NCBI GenBank assembly: GCA_964503145.1
Contig: CAZCYV010000009.1
Location: 47,874-111,873 of the forward strand
Direction of reading: 5' to 3'
Length of the DNA: 64,000 nucleotides
Source: an uncultured Anaerolinea sp.
GTDB taxonomy: Bacteria; Chloroflexota; Anaerolineae; Anaerolineales; UBA4823
The first letter of the stretch is position 1. Every line of letters starts with the position of its first letter. Shown here one piece after another: positions 10,001 through 19,428 of this stretch. The translations under genes were made by a program, and so were the position numbers. Below the pieces are notes generated by a model. That model did no database searches, was not told the origin of the DNA, and saw only the letters and a list, made by a program, of their open reading frames with translations.

Positions 10001-10946
10001 TGTGATGGAAAAAGGCACCTGCCAGGGCCTGGAAGAAGTGCCCCAGGCAATCCGGCAGGTCTTTGTCGTCTCGCAGGATATCACCGCCGAGGAGCATGTG
10101 CGGCTGCAGGCGGCGCTGCAAGCCTTTGTAGATAACAGCCTGAGCAAGACGGTCAACTTCCCTGAGAGTGCCACCGAGGCCGATGTGGCCACGGCTTACC
10201 AGCTCGCCTGGGAGTTGGGCTGCAAGGGGATCACGGTTTACGTCACCGGCTCGCGCCAGAAGGTCGTCCTGGAGACCAAAGCCACCGCCCGCCAGAAGGG
10301 CGAGATCGTCGAGCCTGCCCCTGCTCTCCCATCTGAGCCGAAGCAATTGACCATCTGGCATGACAAAAAGAAACCGCGCCCACGACGCCTGCGCGGCCAC
10401 ACGATCAGCGTGGAGACCCCGCTGGGCAAGGCTTTCGTCACCGTGAACGAGAATGGCGGCGGGCAGCCTTTCGAAGTCTTCGTCAACACTTCCAAGGCTG
10501 GCTCGGACACTGCTGCGGTCTCCGAAGCGATTGGCCGTCTGATCTCCTATATCTTGCGCCTGGCGTCGCCGGTGGCCCCACGCGAGCGCTTGAAGGAAGT
10601 CTGGCGCCAGCTTTCCGGCATTGGCGGTGGGCGTTCGCTGGGCTTTGGCCCCAACCGGGTGCGTTCTCTGCCCGATGGCGTAGCGCAGGCATTGGCCGAA
10701 TACCTGGAAAACTCGAACGCCCAGGAGGATGACGAGGCTCAAGACGGCGATGAAGATGCCGCTGCTGACGGCAATGGCTTCAACATGCTGCAAGAAAGCG
10801 CGCGGCTATCGGACGCTGAGGCAGACGCCGGCTGGGCATCTCAGACGCACAAGATCGGCGATCTATGCCCGGAGTGTGGACAGGCCTCAGTCGTTAATGA
10901 AGAAGGCTGTCGCAAGTGCTATGCCTGTGGATATAGCGAGTGCTGA
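7086..10946 (+). CDS. nrdJ: adenosylcobalamin-dependent (class II) ribonucleotide reductase, intein-containing precursor
   Basis: 1286-aa ORF. The exteins carry class II RNR motifs, including TNP|CGEQ split by the intein. GGGAGAG RBS. The C-terminal tail is CPECG...[12 protein letters not shown]. Confidence 0.88.
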   Translation: MLKQVNASEERNGLLPTPPLPADLPPVSLTDNARQVLVRRYVRRGKDGQPVETVEEMFWRVAYHVAACEAAWGEQVLPRARQFYELLTSKRFFPNSPTFTGAGTPLGQLAACFVLPISDDMGRDPAGIFQTLRDAALIQQTGGGNGFSFSRLRPKGALVKSSAGQATGPVGFLRVYDKAFGEIAQGGTRRGANMAVLRVDHPDIEEFVTCKTDENAITNFNISVGITDAFMEAVRNNADWDLRFPDLDAEAYRGFNGTLEQAEAAGIPIKVYKTVRARELFDKIVRQAHHNGEPGVLFLDTANRSNPVPHLYQLEATNPCFVGQTRIPTEFGLLTIAELAQAGLDGYIAADNRAQAQGMPNAQPGVALRPASPAWLTRRDAPVFTITTRMGYQVTATADHRFLTPNGYVPLEHLRPGDTLLLQSGEGPWSRETRLPNFEAVAEKMAAMALSGDRATDHLVQRADFQQLYANLPTRWSHELGLVLGWLVGDGWLSETSNSPVGMVFSSPEMFEMIHQPLAEWFGPGHVHVRGELLQLTYGRLPYEFFRSLGVQPVRAPEKRLPEAIWIAPRPAVVGFLQGLFSADGTVQVNRRKGDCTIRLASSSKGLLQDVQILLSNFGILSHVYHRRPAGRKAMPDGKGDQAEYAYRPQYELVIGKANRDRFAELIGFADVEKQARLQAFISAKKRRSNTERFTDVVKHIRPAGRADVYDLSQPQTNSLIANGFVAHNCGEQFLGPYENCCLGSVNLAQHFGPNGAVDWEKLRQSVELSTIFLDDVVEANAYVPAVPQLAQAALRARRIGLGIMGLADLMYHAGVRYGSPEGQEFASQVMEFIRYHCMKTSIALAEKRGPFPAIQGSLYDPQNLRWQPPRPLLPYTRDWGRPAVDWGSILDGIRRHGIRNAAQTTIAPTGTIATVAGCEGYGCEPVFALAYIRHVNDNGKDLKLTYASPAFEKALLEAGIDPQTRQTIVDHVMEKGTCQGLEEVPQAIRQVFVVSQDITAEEHVRLQAALQAFVDNSLSKTVNFPESATEADVATAYQLAWELGCKGITVYVTGSRQKVVLETKATARQKGEIVEPAPALPSEPKQLTIWHDKKKPRPRRLRGHTISVETPLGKAFVTVNENGGGQPFEVFVNTSKAGSDTAAVSEAIGRLISYILRLASPVAPRERLKEVWRQLSGIGGGRSLGFGPNRVRSLPDGVAQALAEYLENSNAQEDDEAQDGDEDAAADGNGFNMLQESARLSDAEADAGWASQTHKIGDLCPECGQASVVNEEGCRKCYACGYSEC
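8043..9272 (+). mobile_element. intein (410 aa) with a LAGLIDADG homing-endonuclease domain, inserted in nrdJ
   Basis: Starts with Cys (TGT 8043-8045) right after ...EATNP. Ends ...GFVAHN (AAT 9270-9272) and is followed by Cys+1 (TGC 9273). Block-B-like TATADHRF is present. Two LAGLIDADG-like motifs occur: [12 protein letters not shown] (about 8520-8565) and [15 protein letters not shown] (about 8808-8850). Confidence 0.88.
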
Positions 10947-10965
10947 TTAAGCTGCGTGCATCGGA

Positions 10966-11002
10966 AGCGCGCTGGCCGCTCGGCGCCGAGCGCCAGCGCG
11001 CT
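10966..11002. terminator. bidirectional hairpin between convergent nrdJ and the yihY-like gene
   Basis: AGCGCGCTGG(C)CGCTCGG-cg-CCGAGCGCCAGCGCGCT, a 17-bp stem with one bulge. Confidence 0.5.
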
Positions 11003-11019
11003 GAGAGCTTGGAACTTCG

Positions 11020-11955
11020 TCAATCGGAGGATTGGTGCGGCAGGCGCGGCCGGGTATCGCGTTCGATATCCAGGCGATGCAGGATGCGCGCGGCTCTCTT
11101 GGAAGGCACGACCTGTGAGCCGTAACGGTTGGCCAGTACCTGGGTGAGCTTGGCCCCGAACAGGACAATGTTCATCGAAAAATTGACCCACACCAGGATC
11201 AGGATCACCGAGCCGGTCGCTCCATACGCGCTGAACACCCCCACATTTCCCAGATACACCCCGAACAGAAAACCGCCGATCGTGAACAGCAGCGAAGTCG
11301 TTGCTGCGCCGATCAAAACATCCCGCCAGGCAGTTTGAGCGTCCGGCAGCATTTTGAAGATGATCGCGAACAGCATCAGAAAGCCCAGGAAAGCCAGGCC
11401 GAAATCGGCTTCGGGCAACTCCTTCACCAGCGACGGGGGCAAGAATTGTAGGAACTGGTTGATCGACACCACCAGCGTGCTGGCCACCATCAGCGCCAGC
11501 AGGATCACGATCACTACAAACACCATCATGAAAGACAGAAAGTGGGTGCGAAGAATAACGAATATCCCGTGCTTGGGGTGCGGCGCAATCCCCCACAAAA
11601 TGTTGATTGCCTTTTTCATATGCACGAAGACCATTGATGCGCCGATCAGTGTGAGCATCACTCCCATCGAGGCTGCCAGTCCGCTGCCTTTGGGAAAGTT
11701 TCCATTCTCGATTACGGTGCGCAGAGCAAGCGCCGTCTGGGGGCTGACGACGGTTGCCACTTCATCGACCAGCCGCTCCGTTACTGCTTTCTCGCTGAAG
11801 ATCATCCCTGTGACAGAGACTGCAATAAACAGCAGCGGCGCCATCGAGAAGGTTGTGTAAAATGAAAGAGCCGCTGCCAGCATGAAGCCATTCGCTTGTA
11901 CCCAGCCCTGGTAGATCTCTCTTAACAGGGAGAGCGTTTCCTTGGCGTATTTCAT
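11020..11955 (-). CDS. YihY/BrkB (ribonuclease BN-like) family membrane protein
   Basis: Multi-TM protein with the family-typical N-terminus FMLAAALSFYTTFSMAPLLFIAVSV. The start is taken at MKYAKE (ATG 11955) rather than the track start at 12048. Confidence 0.7.
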   Translation of the reverse strand: MKYAKETLSLLREIYQGWVQANGFMLAAALSFYTTFSMAPLLFIAVSVTGMIFSEKAVTERLVDEVATVVSPQTALALRTVIENGNFPKGSGLAASMGVMLTLIGASMVFVHMKKAINILWGIAPHPKHGIFVILRTHFLSFMMVFVVIVILLALMVASTLVVSINQFLQFLPPSLVKELPEADFGLAFLGFLMLFAIIFKMLPDAQTAWRDVLIGAATTSLLFTIGGFLFGVYLGNVGVFSAYGATGSVILILVWVNFSMNIVLFGAKLTQVLANRYGSQVVPSKRAARILHRLDIERDTRPRLPHQSSD

Positions 11956-12050
11956 GCTTTGTATTATACCCCTTCTCTGCGCTTGAACAAACCTGGTCGC
12001 TATGTTATAGTTAGCGCGCAATTCATCCTGCCTGAACGTGAGGTCCAACC

Positions 12051-12689
12051 ATGGCCAAACACATCATCGTCCTGGCCGGCAACATCGGCGCTGGGAAGAC
12101 GTCTCTGACCGAACTGTTGGGCGGGCGCCTGGGCTGGCAGACTGCCTTCGAGTCAGTGGCGGATAACCCCTACCTGCCCGATTTCTACGCCGACATGCGC
12201 TCCTGGTCCTTTCATTTGCAGATCTTTTTCCTGGGTCACCGCGCCCGTCAGTATCTGGAACTGGCCAATTCCCCCCAGTCTGCTATCCTGGATCGCAGCA
12301 TCTATGAGGACGCTTACATCTTCGCGCGCGCCTTGCATCATATGGGCAACCTGAGCGAGCGCGACTATCTGGCTTATCGAACGGTCTTTGATCTGATCGT
12401 GGCCAAGTTGCCGCCTCCGGACCTGCTCATCTACCTGCACGCGCCCGCCAGGGTGCTCATCGAGCGCATCCGTCGCCGCGGCCGGGCGATCGAAGGCGGC
12501 ATCACCCTGGAATATCTGACCTTGCTCGAATCGTTCTACGAGGACTGGCTGCGCAGCTTCGATGTCTGCCCGGTGTTGACCATCCGCACCGATGATCTGG
12601 ACTTCGTCCATAAGTCGCGCCATCTGGATATCGTCGTCGAGCGCATTCAAGATAAGCTCGCCGGGCGGGAGGAGCTGGTCTTCGAATAA
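12051..12689 (+). CDS. deoxynucleoside kinase (dCK/dGK family)
   Basis: P-loop GNIGAGKTSL, DRS-like LDRSIYEDA and an Arg-rich lid IERIRRRGRAIE; 212 aa. Confidence 0.85.
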   Translation: MAKHIIVLAGNIGAGKTSLTELLGGRLGWQTAFESVADNPYLPDFYADMRSWSFHLQIFFLGHRARQYLELANSPQSAILDRSIYEDAYIFARALHHMGNLSERDYLAYRTVFDLIVAKLPPPDLLIYLHAPARVLIERIRRRGRAIEGGITLEYLTLLESFYEDWLRSFDVCPVLTIRTDDLDFVHKSRHLDIVVERIQDKLAGREELVFE

Positions 12690-12712
12690 GTGCGCTGAAA
12701 AAGCCTGGCAAA

Positions 12713-12751
12713 AGCGATGAACAGCGGCCTACGCGGCCGCTGTTCATCGCT
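12713..12751. terminator. 17-bp perfect hairpin between convergent genes
   Basis: AGCGATGAACAGCGGCC-tacgc-GGCCGCTGTTCATCGCT. It abuts the stop codon of the minus-strand gene. Confidence 0.55.
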
Positions 12752-13746
12752 TAAAACAACATCTTCACTACGGTATCCACGATCAAGCCGAGCAGATACA
12801 GAATACCAAATTCGCGGTTGTGGTAGAACGCCGCAGCGACGAAATAATTCGGCCAGACATCCGGGAAATCGGCTGGCTTTTCGCTGGGCTTGGGGGCGCG
12901 GAAGATCGGGTACACTCTGGCGAAGGCGCGCAGCGCCGCCAGCACGATCAGCAGGACCGGCGTGAAGAAGCGGGTGATCACCAGGTAGATCGTAAAGAGA
13001 TATTGCAGAACCAGCATTCCCACGACGACCACGCGCGAGGTCTTTTCCCCCAATAACACCGGCAGCGTATGAATGCGCCTGGCTTTGTCCATCTCGAACT
13101 TGTCGATGTGCTTGCCGAAAATCACCCCGGTGACTCCCAGCGCGTAGGGTAGCCCGGCAATGACCACGTTCCAGTCCCAGTTGCCGGTGATCACGTAGTA
13201 GCCGCCGCCGATCATCAGCGGGCCCCAGACGATCAGCACGGCAATTTCTCCTAAGGCGATGTACTTGAGCGGCCAGGTGTAGAACAGCACGAAGAACGCG
13301 CCCAGCCCAAGCAAGAGCAACGTCAGCCCGCCGCGGGCGTACACCAGGATCGCCCCGCAGGCCAGGGCGATCAGCCCGGTGACTGCGGCGTAAGTCAGGA
13401 GTTGGCGTTTGGTCATCAGCCCATGCACCAACGGCTGCGGGCCATATTGGGCGCGATAGTAGTTGTCCTGATCCACGCCGCGGGTGTAATCGGTGTAGTC
13501 GTTGAGCAGGTTGTTGGCGGCATGCGCCATGATCAGCCCGAGGGTCATCAGGAACCAATACCAGAAGTTGAACTGCCGGCTCTGGATCGCCAGGATGCCG
13601 GCGATTGCGCCGGAGAGAAAGGTCATGATCAACACCGCGGCGCGGGTGGAGATGAGCCACTTCGAGATCACATCCAGTTGTTCCCACTCTTCTTTGCTGA
13701 CATGAGGGATCACCCGCAGAGCTTTACGCCACATGGCGACGTTCAT
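12751..13746 (-). CDS. UbiA-family prenyltransferase, MenA (1,4-dihydroxy-2-naphthoate polyprenyltransferase)-like
   Basis: Polytopic membrane protein with the Asp-rich motif NNLLNDYTDYTRGVD. The start is taken at MNVAMW (ATG 13746) with an AGGAGG RBS; the track start at 13803 overlaps the upstream gene. Confidence 0.7.
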   Translation of the reverse strand: MNVAMWRKALRVIPHVSKEEWEQLDVISKWLISTRAAVLIMTFLSGAIAGILAIQSRQFNFWYWFLMTLGLIMAHAANNLLNDYTDYTRGVDQDNYYRAQYGPQPLVHGLMTKRQLLTYAAVTGLIALACGAILVYARGGLTLLLLGLGAFFVLFYTWPLKYIALGEIAVLIVWGPLMIGGGYYVITGNWDWNVVIAGLPYALGVTGVIFGKHIDKFEMDKARRIHTLPVLLGEKTSRVVVVGMLVLQYLFTIYLVITRFFTPVLLIVLAALRAFARVYPIFRAPKPSEKPADFPDVWPNYFVAAAFYHNREFGILYLLGLIVDTVVKMLF

Positions 13747-13775
13747 CGAATTGCCTCCTGAACTTTTAGGAAATT

Positions 13776-14954
13776 TTATAAGACGGCGGCCAACGCACGG
13801 CATACCCGGTCGACTTGCTCTTCGCGCATCACGCTGGAGAACGGCAATGCCAGCCCGCGCCGCCCCAGGTCTTCGGTAATGGGAAAATCACCCTGCCGAT
13901 AGCCGAAGCGCTCGACCATATAGGGCTGCAGGTGGATGGGGATGAAATACGGGCGCGCCGGGATTCCCTGCTCGGCCAGGGCGCTGGCCAGGCGATCGCG
14001 ATCTATGCCGGGGGCCAGGCGCACCACATAGACGAACCACGAAACGCGCGTGGTGGTAGGGGCGATCTGCGGCGGCTCGACGCCGGGGATCTCGGCAAGG
14101 CGTTCCCGGTACCATCGTGCGACCTGCTCGCGCCGCGCCAAAAGCTCATCCAGGCGGGCCATCTGCACCCTGCCCAGCGCAGCGCTCATTTCGTCCATGC
14201 GATAGTTGTAGCCCAGGTGAGTGTGTTGCAACCAGGTATCGCCGGGGGCGCGGCCCTGGTTGCGCAGCGCGCGCATCAAGTCGGCGGCCGCATCGTCATC
14301 GGTGACGATCATCCCACCTTCGCCGGTGGTGATCTGCTTATTGGGATAGAAGGCGTACACTCCCATATCCCCCAGCGTGCCCGTTTTGCGCTTCTTGTAC
14401 TCCGCGCCCAGCGCTTCGCAGGCGTCTTCGATCACCTTGAGGCCGTATTCCTGGGCGGTGGCGCAGATCGGGTCGTAATCGGCCGGCTGGCCGAACACAT
14501 CCACCGGCAAGATCGCCTTCAATCTGCCCTGGCCCTGATAACCTTTGCGCGGCAGCCAGCGTTGCGCCGAGGCGGCCCCGTTGGTCAGGTCTGCTGCCGC
14601 CTGTCGGACGCTTTGTGGGTCGATGTTGCCGGTGAGCGGATCGACATCGACGAAAACCGGCACGGCGCGCTCGAACAGCAACACATTGGTCGAGGAGACG
14701 AAGGAAAACGGTGTGGTGATGACCAGGTCATCTTCGGCCACGCCCGCTGCTCGCACGCACAGGTGCAGCCCGGCGGTCCCCGAATTGACCCCGATGGCGT
14801 GCCGCCAGCCGGTGTGCTGGCGGAAGGCCGCTTCGAAGGCCTGGATCTCGCCGCCCATGCTCAGGTTCGGCGTGCGCAAAACCGCCGCCACCGCCTCACG
14901 CTCGGCGTCGCTCAGGTCGGGGGAAGACATCGGGACGGAATACTCAGGAGTCAA
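13776..14954 (-). CDS. DegT/DnrJ/EryC1/StrS-family PLP-dependent sugar aminotransferase (PglE/EpsN-like)
   Basis: 392 aa with the PLP-lysine context FYPNKQITTGEGGMIVTDD and a family-typical N-terminus. Confidence 0.88.
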   Translation of the reverse strand: MTPEYSVPMSSPDLSDAEREAVAAVLRTPNLSMGGEIQAFEAAFRQHTGWRHAIGVNSGTAGLHLCVRAAGVAEDDLVITTPFSFVSSTNVLLFERAVPVFVDVDPLTGNIDPQSVRQAAADLTNGAASAQRWLPRKGYQGQGRLKAILPVDVFGQPADYDPICATAQEYGLKVIEDACEALGAEYKKRKTGTLGDMGVYAFYPNKQITTGEGGMIVTDDDAAADLMRALRNQGRAPGDTWLQHTHLGYNYRMDEMSAALGRVQMARLDELLARREQVARWYRERLAEIPGVEPPQIAPTTTRVSWFVYVVRLAPGIDRDRLASALAEQGIPARPYFIPIHLQPYMVERFGYRQGDFPITEDLGRRGLALPFSSVMREEQVDRVCRALAAVL

Positions 14955-15005
14955 TCGTTTCTCCTTCTGGGGATGGTTGAATGATCGAGATGGATTGTTC
15001 GGGCG

Positions 15006-16136
15006 TCAGCGCCCATTTGGGGGCTTTTCGGGCCAGATGCTTCCTGCTTTGACGATGCTTTTCTCGGGCACGTCGGCCTTGACCGTTGCCCCGTTGCCGA
15101 TGCGCGCCCCCGTGCCGATCTTGACCTGCAGGTTGACCGTGGCGCCCATCCCCACCAGCGCCCCGGAGCCCACCTGCACCTCCCCTGCCAGGATCGCCCC
15201 CGGCGAAAGGTTCACATAATCGCCAAGCACGCAGTCGTGCGACACGATCGCCCCGGTATTGACGATGCTGCCGAAGCCCACCCGGGCCTCGCTGCCCACG
15301 TAAGCCTGGGCAAAGACCTGCACGCCCGGAGCGAGCACGGCGCTGGCCTCCACCACCGCGCTCGGATGCGCCAGCGCCGGGCAGACGAAGCCCGCTTCCG
15401 CCAGCCGCTGAAACACCCGAACGCGGCTTGCCAGGTTGCCGATCCCGCCGACGGCGTTCACGGCCAGGCGCACGCCTTGCTGATAAAGCTCCGGCAAGGC
15501 CTCCGCCCCGCCCAAGACGGGCAGACCCATGATGACCGTCCCTGCCGGGATGCCGTCATCGACGATGCCGACGATCCGGTAGGTGTTCAGTCGCCGCAGC
15601 AGATCGACCAGCGTCTTGCCATGCCCGCCGCCGCCATATACCACGATCGCCTGGGCGTCGAAGGCGCTGGTGGGGGCGGCCAACTCTAGATCTGCGGCCG
15701 ACCTGGGTTGCAAGCTGCGCACAACGCTTTCTGTAACCAGCCGGTCGGTGGGTAAAAGCTCGAGCGGCACGCCCAGTTGTCGCGCCAGCGCCAGGGCCGG
15801 GCGAGTGATGCGCAACCCGGCTGGAAGGTTTTCGTGGCCATCGGCTGTCTGGGCCCCTGCAGGCGTCTGCGCTTCGATGGCAGGCGGCTGCCAGTCGGGC
15901 TGTTCCGCGAGGTAACACAGCACCTCTCCCGCGCGCACCGTTTGCCCCGGCTGGCTGCGCAGACCGACGACGAAGCCCTCTGCCTCGGCGAGCAGGTCGG
16001 CGGTCGATTTGGTCGTCTCCAGGGTGCAAAGCGGTTCGTCCGCCGTCACATATTGACCTTCCTGGACGTGCAGCGCCGCCAGCAGCGCTTCCGGCTCGTT
16101 GGGGTTGAGCAAGGGGATGGTGACCGGAGTGGGCAT
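15006..16136 (-). CDS. fusion protein: lipoyl/biotinyl-attachment domain + E3/E1-binding (PSBD)-like segment + NeuD/PglD-type hexapeptide sugar N-acyltransferase
   Basis: aa 1-77 form an E2-like lipoyl domain with LETTKST; Lys43 is AAA at 16008-16010. aa about 108-140, ITRPALALARQLGVPLELL, are PSBD-like. aa about 163-376 carry VVYGGGGHGKTLVDLL plus left-handed beta-helix repeats with SHDCVLGD. Confidence 0.75.
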   Translation of the reverse strand: MPTPVTIPLLNPNEPEALLAALHVQEGQYVTADEPLCTLETTKSTADLLAEAEGFVVGLRSQPGQTVRAGEVLCYLAEQPDWQPPAIEAQTPAGAQTADGHENLPAGLRITRPALALARQLGVPLELLPTDRLVTESVVRSLQPRSAADLELAAPTSAFDAQAIVVYGGGGHGKTLVDLLRRLNTYRIVGIVDDGIPAGTVIMGLPVLGGAEALPELYQQGVRLAVNAVGGIGNLASRVRVFQRLAEAGFVCPALAHPSAVVEASAVLAPGVQVFAQAYVGSEARVGFGSIVNTGAIVSHDCVLGDYVNLSPGAILAGEVQVGSGALVGMGATVNLQVKIGTGARIGNGATVKADVPEKSIVKAGSIWPEKPPNGR

Positions 16137-16146
16137 ATTTCAGTTC

Positions 16147-17430
16147 CTATTCTCCCAAATCCAGGCTCAACTTGTACACCTGCGGTGCATTGGTAATGAG
16201 ATACACATATCCTTGTAAATCCAGCTTGATATCGAAGGCGTGTCCCTGATAGTCGTCGGGGATTAGTTTGATGTGTCGCCCTGTGTTGTCGAAGACTTCG
16301 ATCCCGTCCTGGTCGAGGATGTAGAGGCGTCCCTGTCCATCCACCGTCAGATCGGCCGGGCTATCCAGCAGCCCGGGGCCATCGCCTTTGCTGCCGAAGC
16401 GATCCACGAAATTGCCCTGTGAGTCGAATTGATACACCTGGTTTTGGCTCTCGTCGAGCAGGTAGATGTTGCCCAGTCCATCCACCGCCAGTCGGCTCAC
16501 CCGCGAGACCTCGCTCTTCTTGACCAAACCTTCGGTAATCTGCGCTTTGCGCCACAGCACCTGTCCATCGGGGCTGATCTTGATCAAATCCAGCTCGCCG
16601 GCAGCGATGTGCAGGGCGTAGATCATGTTGGCCGGGTCGACCGCTACGGCGCCATACCAGGTCTCTGGGAATTGGCGCATGATCTTTTGGAGCAGCGTCC
16701 CATCTGCAGCGTTGTAGATCAGGATGTCTCCGCGGCGCGCGACGAGCAGCCGCCCCTGATAATCGCTTGCCATGTCCGAGATGGTGATCAGGTCGGAATC
16801 GTCGGGTTCGACCTGGATCAGCCTCTGGAACTTGCCGTCTGCGTCGAAGCGCTGCAAACGCCCGTCCTGATATTCGGCGGTGTAGATGTTGCCATTCAGA
16901 TCAAGCGCCAGATGGCGCGCATCGTCGAACTGCCCTGGCCCGCCGCCCTTGGCGCCGAATTGCATGACGAAGCTGTAATCTGGGATGGGGCTGGGAGTGA
17001 TGAGCTGCGGCAGCGCGCTCTCCGTGACCACCGCCGGCAGAGTAGCGGCCTGCTGGCTGATGGATTGGCTGATGACGGCTGCAGTGGTGAACGCTCCGGC
17101 TGCGGCCAGCACGGAGACGACGATCCCGATCACCAGGAAGAAAAGCACCAGCCCTCCGATGATCGCAGCGATGGAACGATGGCTGCGTTGGGCCGCTTCG
17201 TAGGCTTCGCCGGTTTGCGCCTCCGCTGCGCCGGAGAGTTGGATGACCACGGCTGCCTGCCCTGTGCGGGGGTCGGGGCCTTTCTGCTTGCGATACTCTG
17301 GCGGGACCAGCACGTTGCTGCCGCAGTACTCGCAGCGCACAGAGGGATCGTCATCTGGCACCGGTAAAGAGGCTCCACAAGTTGGGCAATGAAAGAGCTG
17401 GGGGGAAGAAGATGGAGTCGTGCTGGTCAT
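16147..17430 (-). CDS. membrane protein: N-terminal zinc ribbon, one TM, extracytoplasmic NHL-repeat beta-propeller
   Basis: CPTCGASL...CEYCGS, then the TM IAAIIGGLVLFFLVIGIVVSVLAAAG. Repeated motifs follow: DxxGNIYxxE, GRLLVA, GNIYLLD, GRLYILD. Confidence 0.65.
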   Translation of the reverse strand: MTSTTPSSSPQLFHCPTCGASLPVPDDDPSVRCEYCGSNVLVPPEYRKQKGPDPRTGQAAVVIQLSGAAEAQTGEAYEAAQRSHRSIAAIIGGLVLFFLVIGIVVSVLAAAGAFTTAAVISQSISQQAATLPAVVTESALPQLITPSPIPDYSFVMQFGAKGGGPGQFDDARHLALDLNGNIYTAEYQDGRLQRFDADGKFQRLIQVEPDDSDLITISDMASDYQGRLLVARRGDILIYNAADGTLLQKIMRQFPETWYGAVAVDPANMIYALHIAAGELDLIKISPDGQVLWRKAQITEGLVKKSEVSRVSRLAVDGLGNIYLLDESQNQVYQFDSQGNFVDRFGSKGDGPGLLDSPADLTVDGQGRLYILDQDGIEVFDNTGRHIKLIPDDYQGHAFDIKLDLQGYVYLITNAPQVYKLSLDLGE

Positions 17431-17503
17431 GGTTAAGTCCTCAGGTACGAAATATGGATAAAAACACCGTCAGCAGCCAATTATATCCCCGATTGCGGGG
17501 CTC

Positions 17504-18517
17504 TTAACGCCGAGAGAGTTCACGGCAAACTTCCAGAATGCGCTCTGTGGAGGGCAGCGTCGCTTGCTCCAAAGGCCCGCTGGCCGGCACGGGCAAATCC
17601 AGGGCTGCCACCCGCCGGGCGGCCCGCAGGCGCGGCCCGAATACCTCCGCCGCCTGGGCGATCACCTCGGCCCCCCAGCCCAGGGTGAAAGCGCCCTCCT
17701 CGACGGTGACCAGACGGCCGGTCTGGGCTACCGAATCCCAAAGCGCATCCAGTTCGAACGGCGCAAGCCGGGTGAGGGCGATCAGTTCGACGAAGATTTC
17801 ATCTTCGTATGCCAGCCGCAGCAGCGCCTGCCTTGCCAGTTCGACCATATAGCCATAGGCGGCCAGCGTGAGCGAGGCCGGCGGAGCGCCGCGCAGCCTG
17901 AGCCTGTAGGACGGCGCAAAGGAGCCTGCTCTGGACAGGGTCTCGATCTCCAATTCCTCATTGGTCGAATCGTCCAGCACCGGCAGCAAATAGAGCAATT
18001 TGTTCTCCACAAACAGCGTCGGGTCTTGTCCTTCCAAGATGGCTTGCAACAGCAACTTTCCTGGCTGGCCGACAGCGCACGGCGCCAGCACCTGCAACCC
18101 TGGCGTTCCCAGGAAGTGCTTTTCCAGGGTCTGACTGTGGGTGGGGCCGTAGCCGCGCCGCCCGCCCATCGGCGTGCGGATCACCAACGGCGCGCGCACC
18201 TGCTCGTTGTACATGTAACGGAACTTGGCCGCGTGGTTGATCACCTGGTCGGCGGCCAGGGTCAGGAAGTCGCCGAACATGATCTCCACCACCGGGCGCA
18301 GGCCGCGTAGCGCCATCCCCGTCGCCACGCCGACGATGCCGGCCTCGGAGATGGGCGTGGTCAACACCCGTTTGGGGTAAGCCTGCGATAGCCCACGCGT
18401 CACCTTGAACGCCCCGCCGTAGGGATCGAGCACATCTTCGCCCAACAGGATCACCCGCTCGTCTTGGGAGAAAGCCTGGTGCAGAGCAGCGTTGAGGGAT
18501 TCGAGGACAGTGGTCAT
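17504..18517 (-). CDS. thiamine-diphosphate-dependent 2-oxoacid dehydrogenase E1 component, beta subunit
   Basis: 337 aa with ILLGEDVLDPYGGAFKVTRGL, ISEAGIVGVATGMALRGLRPVVEIMFGDF and a transketolase-C-like end. Confidence 0.88.
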   Translation of the reverse strand: MTTVLESLNAALHQAFSQDERVILLGEDVLDPYGGAFKVTRGLSQAYPKRVLTTPISEAGIVGVATGMALRGLRPVVEIMFGDFLTLAADQVINHAAKFRYMYNEQVRAPLVIRTPMGGRRGYGPTHSQTLEKHFLGTPGLQVLAPCAVGQPGKLLLQAILEGQDPTLFVENKLLYLLPVLDDSTNEELEIETLSRAGSFAPSYRLRLRGAPPASLTLAAYGYMVELARQALLRLAYEDEIFVELIALTRLAPFELDALWDSVAQTGRLVTVEEGAFTLGWGAEVIAQAAEVFGPRLRAARRVAALDLPVPASGPLEQATLPSTERILEVCRELSRR

Positions 18518-18520
18518 AGG

Positions 18521-19423
18521 TCAGGTGTTTGCCTGTTCGGGGAGCGGGTAGGGGTCGGCCAGGGCAAGCTGGAAGGCGCGCCGAATTTCGGCGTCGATCT
18601 GGGCTTCGATAGACAGACGAGCATCGGCATCCAGCCGCGCAGCCTGGATTTGCAGCGGGTCGCGCTCGCGGCGCAGCCGCTCGATTTCCTCTGGCGGCCG
18701 GGTATCGTCGCCCTTGGAATGCGGCCCGAAACGGCAAGTGTGCAGAATCAGGGCGCAGGGCGACTGCTCCTGGCGCACTTCTTCCAGCAGCGGCCCGGCG
18801 ACGCCGGCGATTTCCTCCACATCGCTGCTGAGCAACTCCCATGCGGGGATGCTGAAAGCCTGGAAGCGGCCCAGCAGGCTGCCCGCCAGCGCCAGTTCGA
18901 TCGGGGTGGTCTGGGCGATGTGGTTGTTTTCGACGACGAACAGGACAGGCGCCCGCCACAAGGAGGCCATGTTCAGCGTCTCGTACACCACGCCCTCGCC
19001 CAGTGTGCCATCTCCCAGGAAGGCCACCGTCGCCGAGCGGTTGCCTTTGAGCTTTTCCGCCAGCGCCATGCCCAGGGCCACCGGCGCGATGCCGCCCTGC
19101 ACGCCGTTGGAATAGAAGTTGCGCCAGTGCAAGTGCTGCGAGCCGCCGCGCCCGCCGCACACCCCGCTGGCTTTGCCCATCAGCTCGGCAAACAAGGCGC
19201 GCGGTTCGCCGCCATAGGCCAGGAAGTGACCGTGGCAGCGATGGTTGCTGAACACGATGTCATCGGCTTGCAAAGCGTGCAGCACGCCGACGGCGTCGGC
19301 TTCCTGCCCCAGATAAGTGTGGGTGGTGCCGAAGAACACCCCCTTGGGGAAGTTCTCCAGCACCGTTTCTTCGAAGCGGCGGATGCGGTACAGCCCGGCG
19401 TAAAATTCTTCTGCGGATGGCAT
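18521..19423 (-). CDS. thiamine-diphosphate-dependent 2-oxoacid dehydrogenase E1 component, alpha subunit
   Basis: TPP motif GDGTLGEGVVYETLNMASLWRAPVLFVVENN. The start is taken at MPSAEEF (ATG 19423, GGGAGA RBS). Its stop lies 3 nt before the E1beta ATG. Confidence 0.88.
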   Translation of the reverse strand: MPSAEEFYAGLYRIRRFEETVLENFPKGVFFGTTHTYLGQEADAVGVLHALQADDIVFSNHRCHGHFLAYGGEPRALFAELMGKASGVCGGRGGSQHLHWRNFYSNGVQGGIAPVALGMALAEKLKGNRSATVAFLGDGTLGEGVVYETLNMASLWRAPVLFVVENNHIAQTTPIELALAGSLLGRFQAFSIPAWELLSSDVEEIAGVAGPLLEEVRQEQSPCALILHTCRFGPHSKGDDTRPPEEIERLRRERDPLQIQAARLDADARLSIEAQIDAEIRRAFQLALADPYPLPEQANT

Positions 19424-19428
19424 GTGGC

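Noticed and set aside
13815-14984. 389-aa plus-strand ORF over the aminotransferase gene; also 40769-42241 over topA, and 49434-50636 and 51280-52497 over the ABC genes
   Set aside because: All lie antisense to genes with strong family motifs. Their composition and lack of RBS indicate non-coding frames.
17431-17503. Internal terminator or promoter between E1beta and the NHL gene
   Set aside because: There is only a 5-bp stem (CCCCG-caat-CGGGG) and an isolated TATAAT with no -35. This is too weak to call without transcript data, though the gap is noted in a finding.
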